Notes: a model not told the origin generated them from the letters alone. 64,000 nucleotides of DNA from Nitrosopumilaceae archaeon (GCA_965209085.1 OZ242376.1:1472001-1536000); one strand, 5' to 3'. Numbered from the stretch's first letter, positions 53,044 through 62,834 are shown. A program made the numbers and translations.

Positions 53044-53304
53044 TTACTGTAGTTTACGGCGCCCTGTGCCTCTGCCTGTAGATACGTATCGACCTTTGCC
53101 AGAAGATCTTCCAGCCGTATCTGCAATATCGCTCATTTTGATTTTACTCGTGCCACGACCTACGGAAATGTAGACATCTTTGGCTTTATCTTTGCGCTCT
53201 TTCATCACGTCTTTGTATGCTTTACCAGCCCAATTTTGCGCACCAACTGTTGCCTTTCTTTTAGATGTGCCTCTAGAACCAACTTTTATAACTTCTTTTG
53301 TCAT
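53044..53304 (-). CDS. Small basic protein with three GRGT-K/R repeats
   Basis: VGSRGTSKRK / VGRGTSKIK / TGRGTGRRK in 86 aa. Confidence 0.7.
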   Translation of the reverse strand: MTKEVIKVGSRGTSKRKATVGAQNWAGKAYKDVMKERKDKAKDVYISVGRGTSKIKMSDIADTAGRSSGKGRYVSTGRGTGRRKLQ

Positions 53305-53397
53305 ATTAGATTATTCTAATAGTTGCTATTAAACATAGTGATGTTTTTCAGATTGTTGTGCAATTTGAGTATGCAAAAATTTGATCTTTTGATAATT

Positions 53398-53476
53398 GTA
53401 TAATGCCATATCATGCCTAGAATTCACGCAATAAATGCAAATGTATGCGCAAGATGGCCAAGGTGCCGACGGATAT
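53398..53476 (-). mobile_element. Degenerate MITE copy 4
   Basis: ATCATGCCTAGAATTCACGCAATAAATG...ATGTATGCGCAAGAT core matches copy 2; both TIRs decayed. Confidence 0.75.
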
Positions 53477-53594
53477 AATTTCAATTTATAATTCATAATG
53501 ATCATGTGGGATATATTACAGGATGTACAGTATTTTTGATTCGTATACGAGCATTTCAAGAAACTACTTATTTTGGATTTAAAGACTTTGTTAT

Positions 53595-53682
53595 GCGGGA
53601 GTCGCCCAGCCTGGTCAAAGGCGTAAGGTTCAGATCCTTATCTCTTAGGAGTTCGTGGGTTCAAATCCCATCTCCCGCACCA
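53595..53682 (+). tRNA. tRNA-Leu(CAG)
   Basis: GCGGGAG acceptor start, TAAGG-TTCAGAT-CCTTA anticodon arm, long variable arm, GGTTCAAATCC, encoded CCA. Confidence 0.96.
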
Positions 53683-53744
53683 TACAATATTCCAGGATTT
53701 GGCATTTTAGTAAAATTAATTAAAACCAAGATGTATACAATATC

Positions 53745-53930
53745 ATGACAGAATACAGGGAGATATACTGCAGGAACTGTAAAAAAATCATAGGCAGATA
53801 CAACATAAAATATTATTCAGATGATAAGATTGGTGAGATAATAAAATCCGGGCACAGTGATCATGTAAAGGAAGGACATGCCATAATTTTGCAGAGGGTA
53901 AAATATAAAAATAAAATATCCAAATTATGA
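53745..53930 (+). CDS. Small putative zinc-binding protein
   Basis: CRNC plus H..H...GH motif in 61 aa. Confidence 0.6.
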   Translation: MTEYREIYCRNCKKIIGRYNIKYYSDDKIGEIIKSGHSDHVKEGHAIILQRVKYKNKISKL

Positions 53931-54983
53931 GCTAAATTCATCAAGTAATTTTTTTTGTTGTTTTGTAAGATTTTTGGGTATTTTTACCACAAGTCTTACG
54001 TGCTGATCCCCTCTTTTATGGTATTGGATGTTTGGCAATCCCATTGATTTTAATTTTACAAATGTGTTTGGCTGCGTGCCAGAATCCACCTTTATTTTTT
54101 GCGTACCTTCCAAAGTTGGAACCGATGTTTCCCCTCCCAGTACTGCATGAACCATGGAAATTTCCTTATCGCAGTAAATATCATCCTCATCCCGGCGGAA
54201 AGTTGGATGTTTTGCCACCACAACACGCACAATCAAATCGCCGCTTACTCCGCCCGGTATGAATTCCCCTTCTCCCTGAACCGTGTAATCGCCGTCGGTT
54301 ATGCCGCTTGGAAGATTAAATTCTATGTGTTTTTTACCCCTTGTTGTTCCAGACCCACCGCAGTTTTTGCACGGCTTCTCTATCATTTCCCCTTCCCCGC
54401 GGCATTGCATGCACGGTGCCACGGTAACAAACGATGCCGGACCCATGCGTCTTGTCTGCCGAACCTGTCCTGCTCCGCCGCACGTGTTGCACAAACGTTT
54501 AGAGGTGCCCGGTGCGCATCCGGTCGCACTGCAGGTATCACATGCAATGTTTTTTTTGGTATCAAATGAGATTTTTTTTCCACGGAGGACATCATCAAGC
54601 GTAACTGTAACCCGATGCAACATATCACGGCCTTGTTGCTGTTCCTGCCCAGAACCGCCAAACATGTCAAATATGTTTCCAAATCCTCCAGAGCCCTTGA
54701 ATATGTCGCTAAAATTGCTTCTTGCCCCTCGAAATATGTCCTCAGAGCTGTATTTGCCGTCCACTCCTGCATGTCCGTGCTGATCGTACAGACTGCGTTT
54801 TTCAGAATCAGAGAGTACAGCGTATGCTTCAGATATTTCCTTGAAATGTTCTGGAGCATCGGAGTTTTTATTTCTGTCAGGATGGAATTTTAATGCCATT
54901 TTTCGGTATTGTTGTTTTATTTCCGCCTGTTCGGCATTTTTACCCACGCCAAGAACCTCGTAATAATCCCGTTTGGCAGACAT
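53925..54983 (-). CDS. dnaJ: Chaperone DnaJ
   Basis: J-domain DYYEVLGV...HPD; four CxxCxGxG-type repeats. Confidence 0.96.
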   Translation of the reverse strand: MSAKRDYYEVLGVGKNAEQAEIKQQYRKMALKFHPDRNKNSDAPEHFKEISEAYAVLSDSEKRSLYDQHGHAGVDGKYSSEDIFRGARSNFSDIFKGSGGFGNIFDMFGGSGQEQQQGRDMLHRVTVTLDDVLRGKKISFDTKKNIACDTCSATGCAPGTSKRLCNTCGGAGQVRQTRRMGPASFVTVAPCMQCRGEGEMIEKPCKNCGGSGTTRGKKHIEFNLPSGITDGDYTVQGEGEFIPGGVSGDLIVRVVVAKHPTFRRDEDDIYCDKEISMVHAVLGGETSVPTLEGTQKIKVDSGTQPNTFVKLKSMGLPNIQYHKRGDQHVRLVVKIPKNLTKQQKKLLDEFSS

Positions 54984-54999
54984 TACATATCACGTATGA

Positions 55000-57051
55000 T
55001 CATGCAGTGTCACTTGAATTCTTTGAGGAATCCGTGTCAGCATTAGTGGATTCTGTTTTTTCTCCAGTGTTTTCTTGGGTATTGTCTCCGGTATTGTCTC
55101 CGGTATTGTCTCCGGTATTGTCTCCGGTATTGTCTCCGGTATTGTCTCCGGTATTGTCTCCGGTATTGTCTCCGGTATTGTCTCCGGTATTGTCTTGGGT
55201 CTTGTCTCCGGCGTTTTCTTGGGTTTTTTCTCCGGTTTTATCTTGCGGTGTCTCGCCAGGTTTTGAATCATCACCTGGTTTTTGTTCTGATTGCTGGGCG
55301 TTTTTGTATATTTCAGAGGTAATCCCTCCGACTTGTTTTTTGAGCGCTTCTAGTTTTTCCTTTATTGCATCGTTGTTATTTGCCGTCATGGCCTCACGCA
55401 GTTCTTTTATCGAATCTGTCAGCTTTATTCCCTGTTCTTGGGATATCTTGTCTTTTAGATCCCCTCCGATTAGTTTTTCAGTTGTATAGATAAAACTCTC
55501 AGATTCGTTTTTTACCTCTATCTGTTCTTTTTTGCTCTTGTCAGCATCAGCATATTTTTCCGCATCCTCTTTTAGCTTGTTTATCTCATCTTCGGTGAGT
55601 TTTGTTTTTGATTCAATTGTTATTTTTGCCTCTTTTTTGGTTGCAGTATCCGTGGCAGTAACGTTGATTATTCCGTTGGCATCAATGTCAAATTTTACCT
55701 CTATTTGTGGAACGCCCCGCGGTGCAGGAAGCAGATCCGATAGATTGAAACTTCCAAGTGAAACATTATCCTGCGCCATCGGCCTCTCGCCCTGTACTAC
55801 GTGTATTGTAACTGCAATCTGATTGTCAGCTGCCGTGGTGAATGTTTTGCTCTTGGATGTGGGTATTGTCGTGTTGCGCTCTATGAGCGGCTCCCGTACT
55901 CCACCTAGTGTCTCTATTCCAAGCGTCAAGGGGGTCACATCAAGCAAAACAATGTCGCTGGAAACATCCCCGCCAATTATGCCCGCCTGTATTGCAGCTC
56001 CAAATGCGACAGCTTCCATCGGATCCACTCCAGTTTCTGGCTCTTTGCTTAAAACGGAGGCAACAAATTTTTTCATAGCAGGTATGCGTGTTGGTCCGCC
56101 CACCATTACTATTTTGGCTATATCCTGTGGCGTAACTTTTGCATCAGAGAGCGCTTTTTCTATCGAGGGTTTGCATTTTTCTATTATCGGATTGATAAGA
56201 TCCTCTAGTTTTGCACGCGTCATGCGCATCTCTAGGTTTTTAGATCCAGTTGACTGATCGTGTGATATGAATGGCAAATTTATGTCAGTCTCCATTACCG
56301 TTGAGAGCTCTATCTTTGCTTTTTCTGCCGCTTCCCTTATGCGCGTCATGGCCGTAGAATCAGAGCCAAGATCAATTCCTTCTTTTTTCTTAAACTCGTC
56401 TTTTATGTAATCCACCATGGTCTTATCCATGTCAGTTCCACCAAGGTGCGTATCCCCGGAGGTACTCATCACTTCAAAGACTCCTCCGCCCATCTCCATG
56501 ATGGTAACATCCAAAGTTCCGCCTCCAAAGTCAAATACGAGTATCTTTAGATCCTGTTTTGTTTTATCCAATCCAAAGGCAAGCGATGCAGCCGTGGGTT
56601 CGTTTATGATTCTTACAACATCCAATCCTGCTATAATGCCCGCATCTTTTGTAGCCTGCCGCTGGTTGTCATCAAAATATGCAGGGACCGTTATGACTGC
56701 CTTTTCAACCACGTCGCCGGTAAATGCTTCTGCATCTTTTTTGATCTTTTGCAGTATAAACGCGGATATCTGCTGAGGTTTGTAGTCTTTACCCTGGATT
56801 TTAAAAATATGATCCGTGCCCATTTTTCTTTTGGCTGCCACAATTGTATTGTCCGGATTTGTTACAGTTTGCCTACGTGCCGGCTCCCCCACCAAGAGAT
56901 CGCCTTCTTTGGAAAATGCAACAACTGATGGAAATGCTTTTCCACCAACGGTTACGCCTTCTGCAGCTGGTACAAGCGTAGGCTTGCCACCCATCATGAC
57001 GGCTGCTGCCGAATTGCTCGTTCCCAAATCTATTCCTATAATTTTTGCCAT
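55000..57051 (-). CDS. dnaK: Chaperone DnaK (Hsp70) with repetitive C-terminal tail
   Basis: [47 protein letters not shown]. Confidence 0.97.
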   Translation of the reverse strand: MAKIIGIDLGTSNSAAAVMMGGKPTLVPAAEGVTVGGKAFPSVVAFSKEGDLLVGEPARRQTVTNPDNTIVAAKRKMGTDHIFKIQGKDYKPQQISAFILQKIKKDAEAFTGDVVEKAVITVPAYFDDNQRQATKDAGIIAGLDVVRIINEPTAASLAFGLDKTKQDLKILVFDFGGGTLDVTIMEMGGGVFEVMSTSGDTHLGGTDMDKTMVDYIKDEFKKKEGIDLGSDSTAMTRIREAAEKAKIELSTVMETDINLPFISHDQSTGSKNLEMRMTRAKLEDLINPIIEKCKPSIEKALSDAKVTPQDIAKIVMVGGPTRIPAMKKFVASVLSKEPETGVDPMEAVAFGAAIQAGIIGGDVSSDIVLLDVTPLTLGIETLGGVREPLIERNTTIPTSKSKTFTTAADNQIAVTIHVVQGERPMAQDNVSLGSFNLSDLLPAPRGVPQIEVKFDIDANGIINVTATDTATKKEAKITIESKTKLTEDEINKLKEDAEKYADADKSKKEQIEVKNESESFIYTTEKLIGGDLKDKISQEQGIKLTDSIKELREAMTANNNDAIKEKLEALKKQVGGITSEIYKNAQQSEQKPGDDSKPGETPQDKTGEKTQENAGDKTQDNTGDNTGDNTGDNTGDNTGDNTGDNTGDNTGDNTGDNTQENTGEKTESTNADTDSSKNSSDTA
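55079..55186. repeat. 12-bp VNTR (GTATTGTCTCCG x9) encoding (GDNT)9 in the DnaK tail
   Basis: Nine perfect tandem copies with degenerate flanking units. Confidence 0.97.
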
Positions 57052-57053
57052 AT

Positions 57054-57737
57054 TCAATTTACCACCGGTTTTTTTGATATTTCAACTAGCGACGTACGAA
57101 TGACATTATTATGCAAGATATATCCCTTTCTGATTACCTTTGTAATTGTTCCCTCATCGAGCATATCATCTTCGATTGTGGATATGGCCTCATGAATTTG
57201 TGGGTCAAATATTTCCCCCATCTCATCCATAGACTGCACTCCATACTTTGTGAGCGTGGATGAGATGTTTTTTAGGACAGAGTCAAGTCCGGCAGTATCC
57301 TGACCGCTTTTAGCATATGCGCTGCAAGCTCGCTCAAAATCATCCTGTATTCCCAATATGTCGCCAAAAACCTGACCTAGTTTTGCAGCAATGCTGTTTT
57401 GAATTTGTGTCTGCATTTGTTTTTCAAGATTCTGAAAATCTGCCAGCGTGCGGGCAAGCTTGTCCTCTAGCATGAGGGATTTTTCCTGTTCCTTTTCAAG
57501 GCTCTCTTTTGTCATATCTTTGGATTCGGCAGTTTCAGAGCCTTCTATAACGGGTATTTCTTCGGCAGTTTCAGAGCCTTCTATAACGGGTATTTCTTCG
57601 GCAGTTTCAGAGCCTTCTATAACGGGTATTTCTTCGGCAGTTTCAGAGCCGTCCATAACTGGTATTTCTTTGGATTTGGCAGTTTCAGATTCATTCATGG
57701 CCGGCTCCTCTTCTGGATTCATGTTATTTTGAGCCAA
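57054..57737 (-). CDS. grpE: Nucleotide exchange factor GrpE
   Basis: [26 protein letters not shown]; directly upstream of dnaK. Confidence 0.93.
   Translation of the reverse strand: MAQNNMNPEEEPAMNESETAKSKEIPVMDGSETAEEIPVIEGSETAEEIPVIEGSETAEEIPVIEGSETAESKDMTKESLEKEQEKSLMLEDKLARTLADFQNLEKQMQTQIQNSIAAKLGQVFGDILGIQDDFERACSAYAKSGQDTAGLDSVLKNISSTLTKYGVQSMDEMGEIFDPQIHEAISTIEDDMLDEGTITKVIRKGYILHNNVIRTSLVEISKKPVVN
57525..57668. repeat. 36-bp VNTR encoding [12 protein letters not shown] in the GrpE N-terminus
   Basis: Three perfect copies plus one variant. Confidence 0.95.
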
Positions 57738-57852
57738 AATTAAGAATTTTTATGTTGTGTTTACTGGTTTTCCTGTAAAGTTATCGGCACCTAGGTATTA
57801 GGCTTGAAATACGGATCTTCTCCGAATTAGCCATAAACAGCGATCAAGAGGT

Positions 57853-58924
57853 CCTATTATGAACGATTTGGTCCATTTTGTTATAAACTTACGTGGTTTT
57901 GTTTAAAACGGCGCATATCTATCGCTATGGATCAGTCTCCACATTTGTGGATTTTGAATCAGACGGATCGCATTCTCCTATTCACGATTAAATCGCACCG
58001 TGGTTTTCGCTTGTATGGCATCAAAGTTCAACCTGTAACACGCACTCGCAGTGCAAGAACCTAACGAACCTTTGTGCCTTCCACTCATTTGACGTCTCTA
58101 AAGGGTGTGTTTTCCTTTAGATCACATAGATGATCTTTGCCATCTTTCTTGCCGCCGCAATCTTTGCCTTGGACTTGCCACATCGTGCAGATATTCTCTT
58201 AGTGCCGTGTAATTGCCGAATTCGGACAGTGTGTTACATGCACATGCATACACTGCACGATTATCCAGCTGAGCATTTGACTTCCTCGTTTGCTTGAACC
58301 TCGTAACTGTAATTTTTCTCCAGACTGGTACACTCTTGGAACCAGTTTGGCATACGAGCACAAGTGTTCATGATCTTCAAATCGATCAACATCGGCAATT
58401 TCTGAGGATATCGCAAGTACCAAATAGTATGATATTCCAGGAACACTGATGAGTAGTTTTGCATACTTGTCCACCGATGCTTTTTGCGCACTCGAAAGTC
58501 CATATGTTGTATTTTTCCATCTAGGAACGTTACTGCATCAAGTGAATCATCTATTGCCTCTATTTTTAATGCCCGTAAGCATTTTTGTCCCAGCTGTGTT
58601 GATGGCAGTGCCTTTACATCAAGCCATCGTTTTGCAAGCTCTGCTTTAATCTTGTTTTTGTGCATGGTACGTTCGCGTACAAATGACTGCCTTCATAGGA
58701 CCAAGTCTTGCAGATCTCGTATCTTTTCGCTTGTAATATACGCTTCTGGAATCATTCCGGTCCTATCCAAATCGGCCCGCATACGTGCATCCACTTTGTC
58801 GGTTTTTACTTTTGCATGTGAGATTGCCTTTACCATGAACGGTTGTGCCACTTTGACTTTGTACTTGTGTGCCCGTAACAGATCGTATGGAAACTGATGG
58901 TTGTATCAGGATTCCATGACGACC
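57853..58924 (-). mobile_element. IS110/IS1111-family element remnant (frameshifted transposase about 58086-58924 plus ~230-nt downstream non-coding region)
   Basis: VVMES, KVKTDKVDA, LLISVPGI...EIADVDRF...SYAKLVPRVYQSG...SKRG, ARKMAKIIY...LKENTPF; N-terminus missing. Confidence 0.85.
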
Positions 58925-59285
58925 TGGGAGTCTCTGATGAATTTTCTACGGTTTTTTTGAACCGTTCTAGAATCCATTCAAATTCTTCACGGTCCATTCC
59001 TGTCATTTCATATAGATGAACATCATCCCCAATTCCCTTGTTCAAATATTTGTCAACATATTGTCTTTTATCATCATTGCTACTCTGTGCCATCTTTTTG
59101 TAGTGTTGAATTTCTGATTCCTGATTGGAAATTCTTTCTTTTTGATTGAAAATTCTTTTTTCCTGCATGGAACTCTTCTTTCCCATCTTTAAGATCGTCT
59201 TTTTCAGTTTAGAGATCATGTGTTTGTCTGATTTGCACATGCTATGCGCACGTGATACTAGATCATAGATCTTTCGATTTGTCAA
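58925..59285 (-). pseudogene. N-terminal fragment of a probable IS5/ISL2-like transposase fused to the IS110 remnant
   Basis: Coiled coil then LYEMTGMDREEFEWIL (HTH_Tnp_4-like); abrupt junction with IS110 sequence near 58925. Confidence 0.45.
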
Positions 59286-59381
59286 AATTGATTTTTTGGT
59301 TAATTATGCATAAAAACTCATAAAGGCTCAAAATATCACTAATCTTTCTCCAGATCTTCTTATCCGGCCAGATAGGTTGGA

Positions 59382-59790
59382 GTATGAGGTCAGCACCTCG
59401 TGCTATTTTGTGTATACTGTTTAATGATGCCAAAAACAATGCCAATTATGATGCAAGAGTGCGGCATGCGTTTGAATACACACTTGATGGCATGTTAGAT
59501 AAATACCGCAGTACAGAAATGTCCGAAATGCAGAGTTTGATCAAACGGTTGGAGAATGCGACGATGAATTTGTTTGCCTTTATAGAGCATGAAACATCCC
59601 ACCTACAAACAATGCAGTCGAGCGTGCATTACGGGATGTTGTGGTTCGCCGTAAGATAAGCGGACAGATCAGAGGATCTGAATCCATGAGAAGAATGCCA
59701 AACTTTCTAGCATGCGTTTTGACATGGAAAATGCAGAGTAAAAGCGTCTTTGAAGAGGTGCTCAATATCGTTTAATAGATGACCTCATAC
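59382..59790 (+). mobile_element. Internally deleted IS66-family element
   Basis: TIRs GTATGAGGTCA/TGACCTCATAC; frameshifted C-terminal fragment LFAFIEH..IPPTNNAVERALRDVVVRRKISG (IS66 TNN.AER.LR motif) with stop at 59775. Confidence 0.85.
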
Positions 59791-59798
59791 CCTTAAAT

Positions 59799-60155
59799 TT
59801 ATTTTTCAGGTACGGGTTTTAACAATTTTGTCGCAGTACCTAAAATAGTGGAACCAACAACCAATGAAATTATTGTAGTGATAAAAGTTACATTATCCAA
59901 ATGAAATCCTTCGAATTTGAATCCATTAAGTAAAACTATTCCTATTATTGCTACAATATTGAGGTATGTTGCATGTTTCCACACGGTTACAATTTTTTTT
60001 GAAGTCTCAATTCTAGCTTCTATTATATACCATTTCATTCTAAATTCATCTGATCCGGAAATACCACTTTTATAATCTTTTATTACTATTTGAGATTTTT
60101 TAGTATTATTATTGACAGGTTTGTCTTTTTTGATATTCCTATTAATCATCATCAT
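59799..60155 (-). CDS. Two-TM membrane protein, putative toxin partner of the Panacea antitoxin
   Basis: Overlaps the upstream gene's stop; two C-terminal hydrophobic helices; very AT-rich. Confidence 0.6.
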   Translation of the reverse strand: MMMINRNIKKDKPVNNNTKKSQIVIKDYKSGISGSDEFRMKWYIIEARIETSKKIVTVWKHATYLNIVAIIGIVLLNGFKFEGFHLDNVTFITTIISLVVGSTILGTATKLLKPVPEK

Positions 60156-60639
60156 TTAGTATTTTTCTATAATATTCTTTAATTACATCATTAGGAATTT
60201 TTGTAAAAAACGCATTTGGATCATAACATATATCCCACGGACTATTAGGTTTGTGTGTTATTTTGATCAATTCTTCTCCAGTATATTCTGCATAATTTTC
60301 CATTACATCACTCATTACATTTTTCTCTTCAGTAGAAAATATAGAATCAATAGCATTCTTTAAATTTTCTAATTGATTGTCTTCTAGATCAAAGTGATTA
60401 TCTTTAGTAATCACTTCGCTTTGATATTTTTTAAAAGTGTGATAAACTGAAGGTACTACAGGACCGTATTTCCATGCTTCAATAGGTTCATTCACAAGTG
60501 GATAAGAATGCAATCCAAGTTTCCAACCATGACTGAAGAAAACAAATTTGTTTAAATGAAGTGGCGTTAATGGTTCAGAGCTATTAAAAATGATATAATC
60601 CGCAACATATTGAGCACTTTTTGATTTATTTAGATTCAT
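60142..60639 (-). CDS. Panacea (DUF4065, SocA-like) antitoxin-domain protein
   Basis: VADYII...LTPLHLNKFVFFSHG...IEAWKYGPVVPSVY...ELIKITH...PW. Confidence 0.88.
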   Translation of the reverse strand: MNLNKSKSAQYVADYIIFNSSEPLTPLHLNKFVFFSHGWKLGLHSYPLVNEPIEAWKYGPVVPSVYHTFKKYQSEVITKDNHFDLEDNQLENLKNAIDSIFSTEEKNVMSDVMENYAEYTGEELIKITHKPNSPWDICYDPNAFFTKIPNDVIKEYYRKILNDDD

Positions 60640-60670
60640 AGTACATTATAGTGTCCATTAGATATAAATT

Positions 60671-61047
60671 TATGGTATCCCAAAGGTAATATGCCTTACT
60701 TTGCATTATATTCCTCCCCTGTCTGCTCGTCAATAATCTTTTCGCCAGGTTCTGGCATCTTTCTTGCAAATGCCTGTACTGGCGTCTCTGTTTTCTGTAT
60801 CCAATGACATGTGTGCGCTGTCCATGTTTGTACCATTGCATGAACAAATCTATGGGATCGCGGACTCGCTGCATAATGCTCTCAAACTGGGGCAGCTTGC
60901 ACTATCTCACCATGCAGACGCTCAAGCTTGCCATTGGTCTGGGGATGATTCACGCGTGCCAAAATATGTTTTATGTCAAGATCTACAAGTTTCTTCTCAA
61001 ATTTGGATGGACCTTTCTTTTTCATCTCTGATACATTGGCGTAAAAC
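60671..61047 (-). pseudogene. IS481-like integrase-core transposase, 3' remnant
   Basis: FYAN...FEKKLVDLDIKHILARVNHPQTNGKLERLHGEI...WY; frameshifts; stop at 60696; truncated at the MITE half. Confidence 0.75.
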
Positions 61048-61101
61048 TATGCATACATCTTCATTTATTGCATAAATTCTAGGCATGATGTGACCTCATA
61101 C
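61048..61101 (+). mobile_element. Right half of MITE (copy 5)
   Basis: GCATACATCTTCATTTATTGCATAAATTCTAGGCATGATGTGACCTCATAC, nearly identical to the right part of copy 3. Confidence 0.85.
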
Positions 61102-61265
61102 GCCGTGAGAAATGATACATCATTATAGACGCAACTAAATTGATCATGATTCGAATTTCTAGGCGTGGAAATTATAGATGTCTCACCTCCCCAAGTTAAC
61201 AGAAAAACACCCTAAATTAACAGCAGGCTAGAATTGACCAAAAAGACCTTAAGAGTTGACAGAGT

Positions 61266-61349
61266 ACAGTGGTAACCTAGCATGGTAGGGCAGCTATCTT
61301 AAGAATAGCCGTGGTCGAACACTCATAGGTTCAAATCCCATCCACCGCT
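61266..61349 (+). tRNA. Atypical tRNA-Leu(TAA) or tRNA pseudogene
   Basis: GCTAT-CTTAAGA-ATAGC anticodon arm, TAGCATGGTA D-loop, GTG/CAC variable stem, GGTTCAAATCC; four A-C stem mismatches. Confidence 0.65.
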
Positions 61350-61499
61350 ATAATTTACGAATTAAACGTATTTCATCCCACGACACTTGACACTATTTTT
61401 AGCACCATAAAATTGAACAGCACGAATACGGATCTTCTCTGGATTGAATCAAAAATAACGATCAGCGAATCTTGCACCCCAAGATGTTACAAAACCTGT

Positions 61500-62630
61500 T
61501 TACTCGTCTATCTCACACATGGGATTTGCCTTTATTAGAATGATATCTGGATCTTTTTTGCCCTTGTTTATGTTATCATAGTCATACTTTGTGCATGCCA
61601 CCACGATTATCGTCTTTGTCCCCTCAAACGTGTCCATGTCGCCCTCATCGTACATGTCCACATCCCGGATATAGTCCCGAAGTCTTTCCTGTAATTTCTC
61701 AAATATGTCCATTTTATCCCCACGCATTTCATATTTGTCCAAGGTCCAAGAAAGTGCCACTCTTGTCCGGCTTGCTTTTAGATCGTTCTTTTTTAGCGTA
61801 GATCTAATCTTGTCTATTAGCCGTTTGATGTATACGTCGATGCTTTTTGCGTTGCTGTTTATCATCGATGTCAAAGTTCCAGCTCCCTCTAGCGAGGAGT
61901 TTAGAGACTGTAAATCATACAGTCTCTCCACCATATCTCCCATGTACATTTCCGAATGATCTCCTGGATAATCGGTTTGTTCATTGTAGACTAGCTTGTA
62001 AATTTCCAATATGCTCGAGAGTGTTGAAAACCGGGAGAGTGTGTCTGTTGCATGTGCAATCTCTGATGACTGCAAGCTCACTATTGGAATTTTTTGTTTA
62101 TCTGTGGCAAGCAGCTCTGAGAGGTTTGAATCCTGTTTGGCGTTAAAGGATCCTATCATCTGAGGATTTTTTCCATGTCCCCCAAGCGGATAATAAAAAT
62201 ACGATAGTGTTTTGCCCACTTCAAATCCCGTTATGTGTTCCAAGAGTGAAATGTTTTCATTATTCCCCCCTATGCCAGATGGAATACAGTATATGATTGA
62301 GGCATTTTTTACAATTCCCGAAGTTGCTCCTTTGAATTTAAAATGAATTTCCGTTCGAAGATCCTGTCCGGCCTTGCGTATGCGGGGCGAGAAAAAAATG
62401 TACTGCGCCTTGGATACTACCTCTTTTATCGGAACAAGCGGCAGGATCATTTCATCATCCTTTATCGAGGATATGTTTGGGTATGTCTGGGCAATTTCTG
62501 GTGTCAGCAACATTGCAGATTGGTTTGATTCATCTACCACATGTACCTGCGCGCCCTTTAGCACCATGCTGCATGCCAAATCATATCCTTCTGTACAAAA
62601 TCCATACACCACAGCTTTAGGTCCTGCCAT
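61500..62630 (-). CDS. Divergent nucleotide-sugar dehydrogenase-like protein
   Basis: N-terminal Rossmann-like AVVYGFCTEGY, LLEHITGFEVG, LKASRTRVAL; canonical GxGxxG and GGHC not evident. Confidence 0.6.
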   Translation of the reverse strand: MAGPKAVVYGFCTEGYDLACSMVLKGAQVHVVDESNQSAMLLTPEIAQTYPNISSIKDDEMILPLVPIKEVVSKAQYIFFSPRIRKAGQDLRTEIHFKFKGATSGIVKNASIIYCIPSGIGGNNENISLLEHITGFEVGKTLSYFYYPLGGHGKNPQMIGSFNAKQDSNLSELLATDKQKIPIVSLQSSEIAHATDTLSRFSTLSSILEIYKLVYNEQTDYPGDHSEMYMGDMVERLYDLQSLNSSLEGAGTLTSMINSNAKSIDVYIKRLIDKIRSTLKKNDLKASRTRVALSWTLDKYEMRGDKMDIFEKLQERLRDYIRDVDMYDEGDMDTFEGTKTIIVVACTKYDYDNINKGKKDPDIILIKANPMCEIDE

Positions 62631-62761
62631 GGAAATATTTCAAATTACACTTAAAAAAACTTGTAGGTTGTCCCAATATGCCCATTAAATTTCATTTTTT
62701 TGAGGTTAAAGGGGTACATAAATGACAAATATCATTAAGGGTTGCAACATTATACATTTGA

Positions 62762-62834
62762 AGCCCGATAGTGTAGAGGTCAAGCATGGGGGCCTTTGGA
62801 GCCCTTGACCCCAGTTCGAATCTGGGTCGGGCTA
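62762..62834 (+). tRNA. tRNA-Gln(TTG)
   Basis: AGCCCGA/TCGGGCT acceptor stem, anticodon loop CTTTGGA, CCAG-TTCGAAT-CTGG T arm. Confidence 0.96.

Noticed and set aside
55079-57668. Tandem arrays as CRISPR
   Set aside because: No spacers, in-frame within dnaK and grpE, and no cas genes in the window.
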